From the NCBI GenBank assembly GCA_027001995.1, contig JALTLO010000050.1, forward strand, positions 1 through 17,695: a stretch of DNA of 17,695 nt. Reading direction: 5' to 3'. Source of the DNA: Planctomycetota bacterium (lineage in GTDB: Bacteria > Planctomycetota > GCA-002687715 > DRQF01). Made by a program: the position numbers and the translations under genes. The notes beneath the pieces are model-generated. The model worked only from the letters and a program-made list of their open reading frames with translations. It ran no database searches and was not told the DNA's origin. Shown here piece by piece: positions 16,722-17,695 of this stretch (the stretch's first letter is position 1; every line of letters begins with the position of its first letter).

Positions 16722-17135
16722 ATGGTTAACATCAGCGTGGAATACACCGGATCACTGAGTTGCACCGCAACACACGGCCCAAGTGGTGGCACATTGACCA
16801 CCGATGCCCCCGTCGATAACCAAGGTCTTGGACGTACTTTTTCTCCCACAGATCTCTTGGTGACGGCCTTAGGCAGTTGCATGGCTACGTTGATGGGAAT
16901 CTATGCAGAGCGCCACGATCTCAACATAGAAGGACTCTCCGTCAAACTGGAGAAACACATGCAAGCAGATCCGCGGCGAATTGGGAGAATCCCTATTGAA
17001 ATCCAAGTCCCCATCGCTCTCAACGATCGACACCGCCAGGGAATCGAAACCGCAGCCCAGCATTGTCCGGTAAAGAAAAGCCTTCATCCTGATATTGACT
17101 TGGCAGTGAGTTTCCTTTATCCAGAAGATCGTTAA
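16722..17135 (+). CDS. OsmC/Ohr-family protein (YhfA-like branch)
   Basis: 137 aa with TDAP...G...FSPTDLL..ALGSCM and the second cysteine in HCPVKKSL. Confidence 0.92.
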   Translation: MVNISVEYTGSLSCTATHGPSGGTLTTDAPVDNQGLGRTFSPTDLLVTALGSCMATLMGIYAERHDLNIEGLSVKLEKHMQADPRRIGRIPIEIQVPIALNDRHRQGIETAAQHCPVKKSLHPDIDLAVSFLYPEDR

Positions 17136-17138
17136 GGA

Positions 17139-17695
17139 ATGGATCGCCTCAAAGTATTGGTAACGGGTTCCACGGGATTTGTTGGCAGTCATTTGATCAC
17201 GCGTCTCACCGCCAGAGACACTTGGGTTCTCTTGGCCGATCACTTGGACGGCAAGCGCCAATTCGATCTTGCCGTTCCGGGGGAATTGTCAAGCTTCGTC
17301 GAAAGGCATCAACCTGATGTCATCATCCACACCGCCGCGATCTCGTCCATCGCTGCCTGCGCTGAAAACACGCACCTTGCGGATGCAGTCAACACCCGAG
17401 CGCTCCAGGAGCTGGCCGATATTGCCAAGAGGATCAATGGGCGCATCATCCATTTGTCGACGGATCAAGTCTTTGATGGTCATGATGCTCCCTATTCAGA
17501 GGAAGACAAGACGTCGCCCCTTCACCACTACGGCGTTACCAAATTAGCCGCAGAAACAATCCTGACGGCAAGTCAAACGAATACCGTCATCTTGCGCCCC
17601 ACCCTCATCTATGGAAATGCCCGGAGCTTCCCCCAATCTGCTTCCGAATCCATCCGTCAAGCCGTAGAACACAATCGTCCCATCCACCTTTTCAT
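17139..17695 (+). CDS. dTDP-4-dehydrorhamnose reductase (RmlD)-like extended SDR, truncated by the window edge
   Basis: Missing from the ORF track because there is no stop inside the window. Manual translation: MDRLKVLVTGSTGFVGSHL...PDVIIHTAA...IHLSTDQVFDG...PYSEED..SPLHHYGVTKLAAE...ILRPTLIYG. It contains GxxGxxG, STDxVFDG and YxxxK, and starts 3 nt after the osmC stop. Confidence 0.9.
   Translation, partial: MDRLKVLVTGSTGFVGSHLITRLTARDTWVLLADHLDGKRQFDLAVPGELSSFVERHQPDVIIHTAAISSIAACAENTHLADAVNTRALQELADIAKRINGRIIHLSTDQVFDGHDAPYSEEDKTSPLHHYGVTKLAAETILTASQTNTVILRPTLIYGNARSFPQSASESIRQAVEHNRPIHLF

Noticed and set aside
1..17695. CRISPR array, mobile element, prophage or defence system (including a Pycsar/CBASS reading of cyclase plus cNMP effector)
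   Set aside because: There is no repeat-spacer periodicity and no transposase, integrase or phage gene. The cyclase has adenine-specifying residues and FHA/GAF inputs, and it is convergent with the cNMP protein rather than co-operonic, within housekeeping context.

Overview
Ordinary bacterial chromosomal DNA of roughly 50-55% GC (by eye). The gene repertoire would fit Planctomycetota or a related PVC lineage, but that is an inference. Gene order: a PilM-PilN (GspL-like) fusion plus a coupled PilO/GspM-like gene (+); a stand-alone carB (-); a long-chain acyl-CoA/acyl-ACP synthetase and nadA (+); an ACT-less Ser/Thr dehydratase-family enzyme and a secreted three-domain FKBP (-); an IMPase-family phosphatase and a type II NAD(P)H dehydrogenase fused to a cNMP-binding domain (+); a convergent FHA-GAF class III adenylyl cyclase (-); about 690 nt of non-coding DNA with many stems; an OsmC-family gene and a truncated RmlD-like SDR (+). 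I see no mobile element, CRISPR array, tRNA or rRNA. The strongest leads are (1) a possible cAMP-controlled NDH-2 lying tail-to-tail with a cyclase, (2) a ~330-nt candidate structured RNA between the cyclase and osmC, (3) switch-like leaders upstream of nadA and carB, and (4) a dehydratase beside a lone nadA that might supply iminoaspartate. All four are hypotheses from manual reading, with no database or folding checks.
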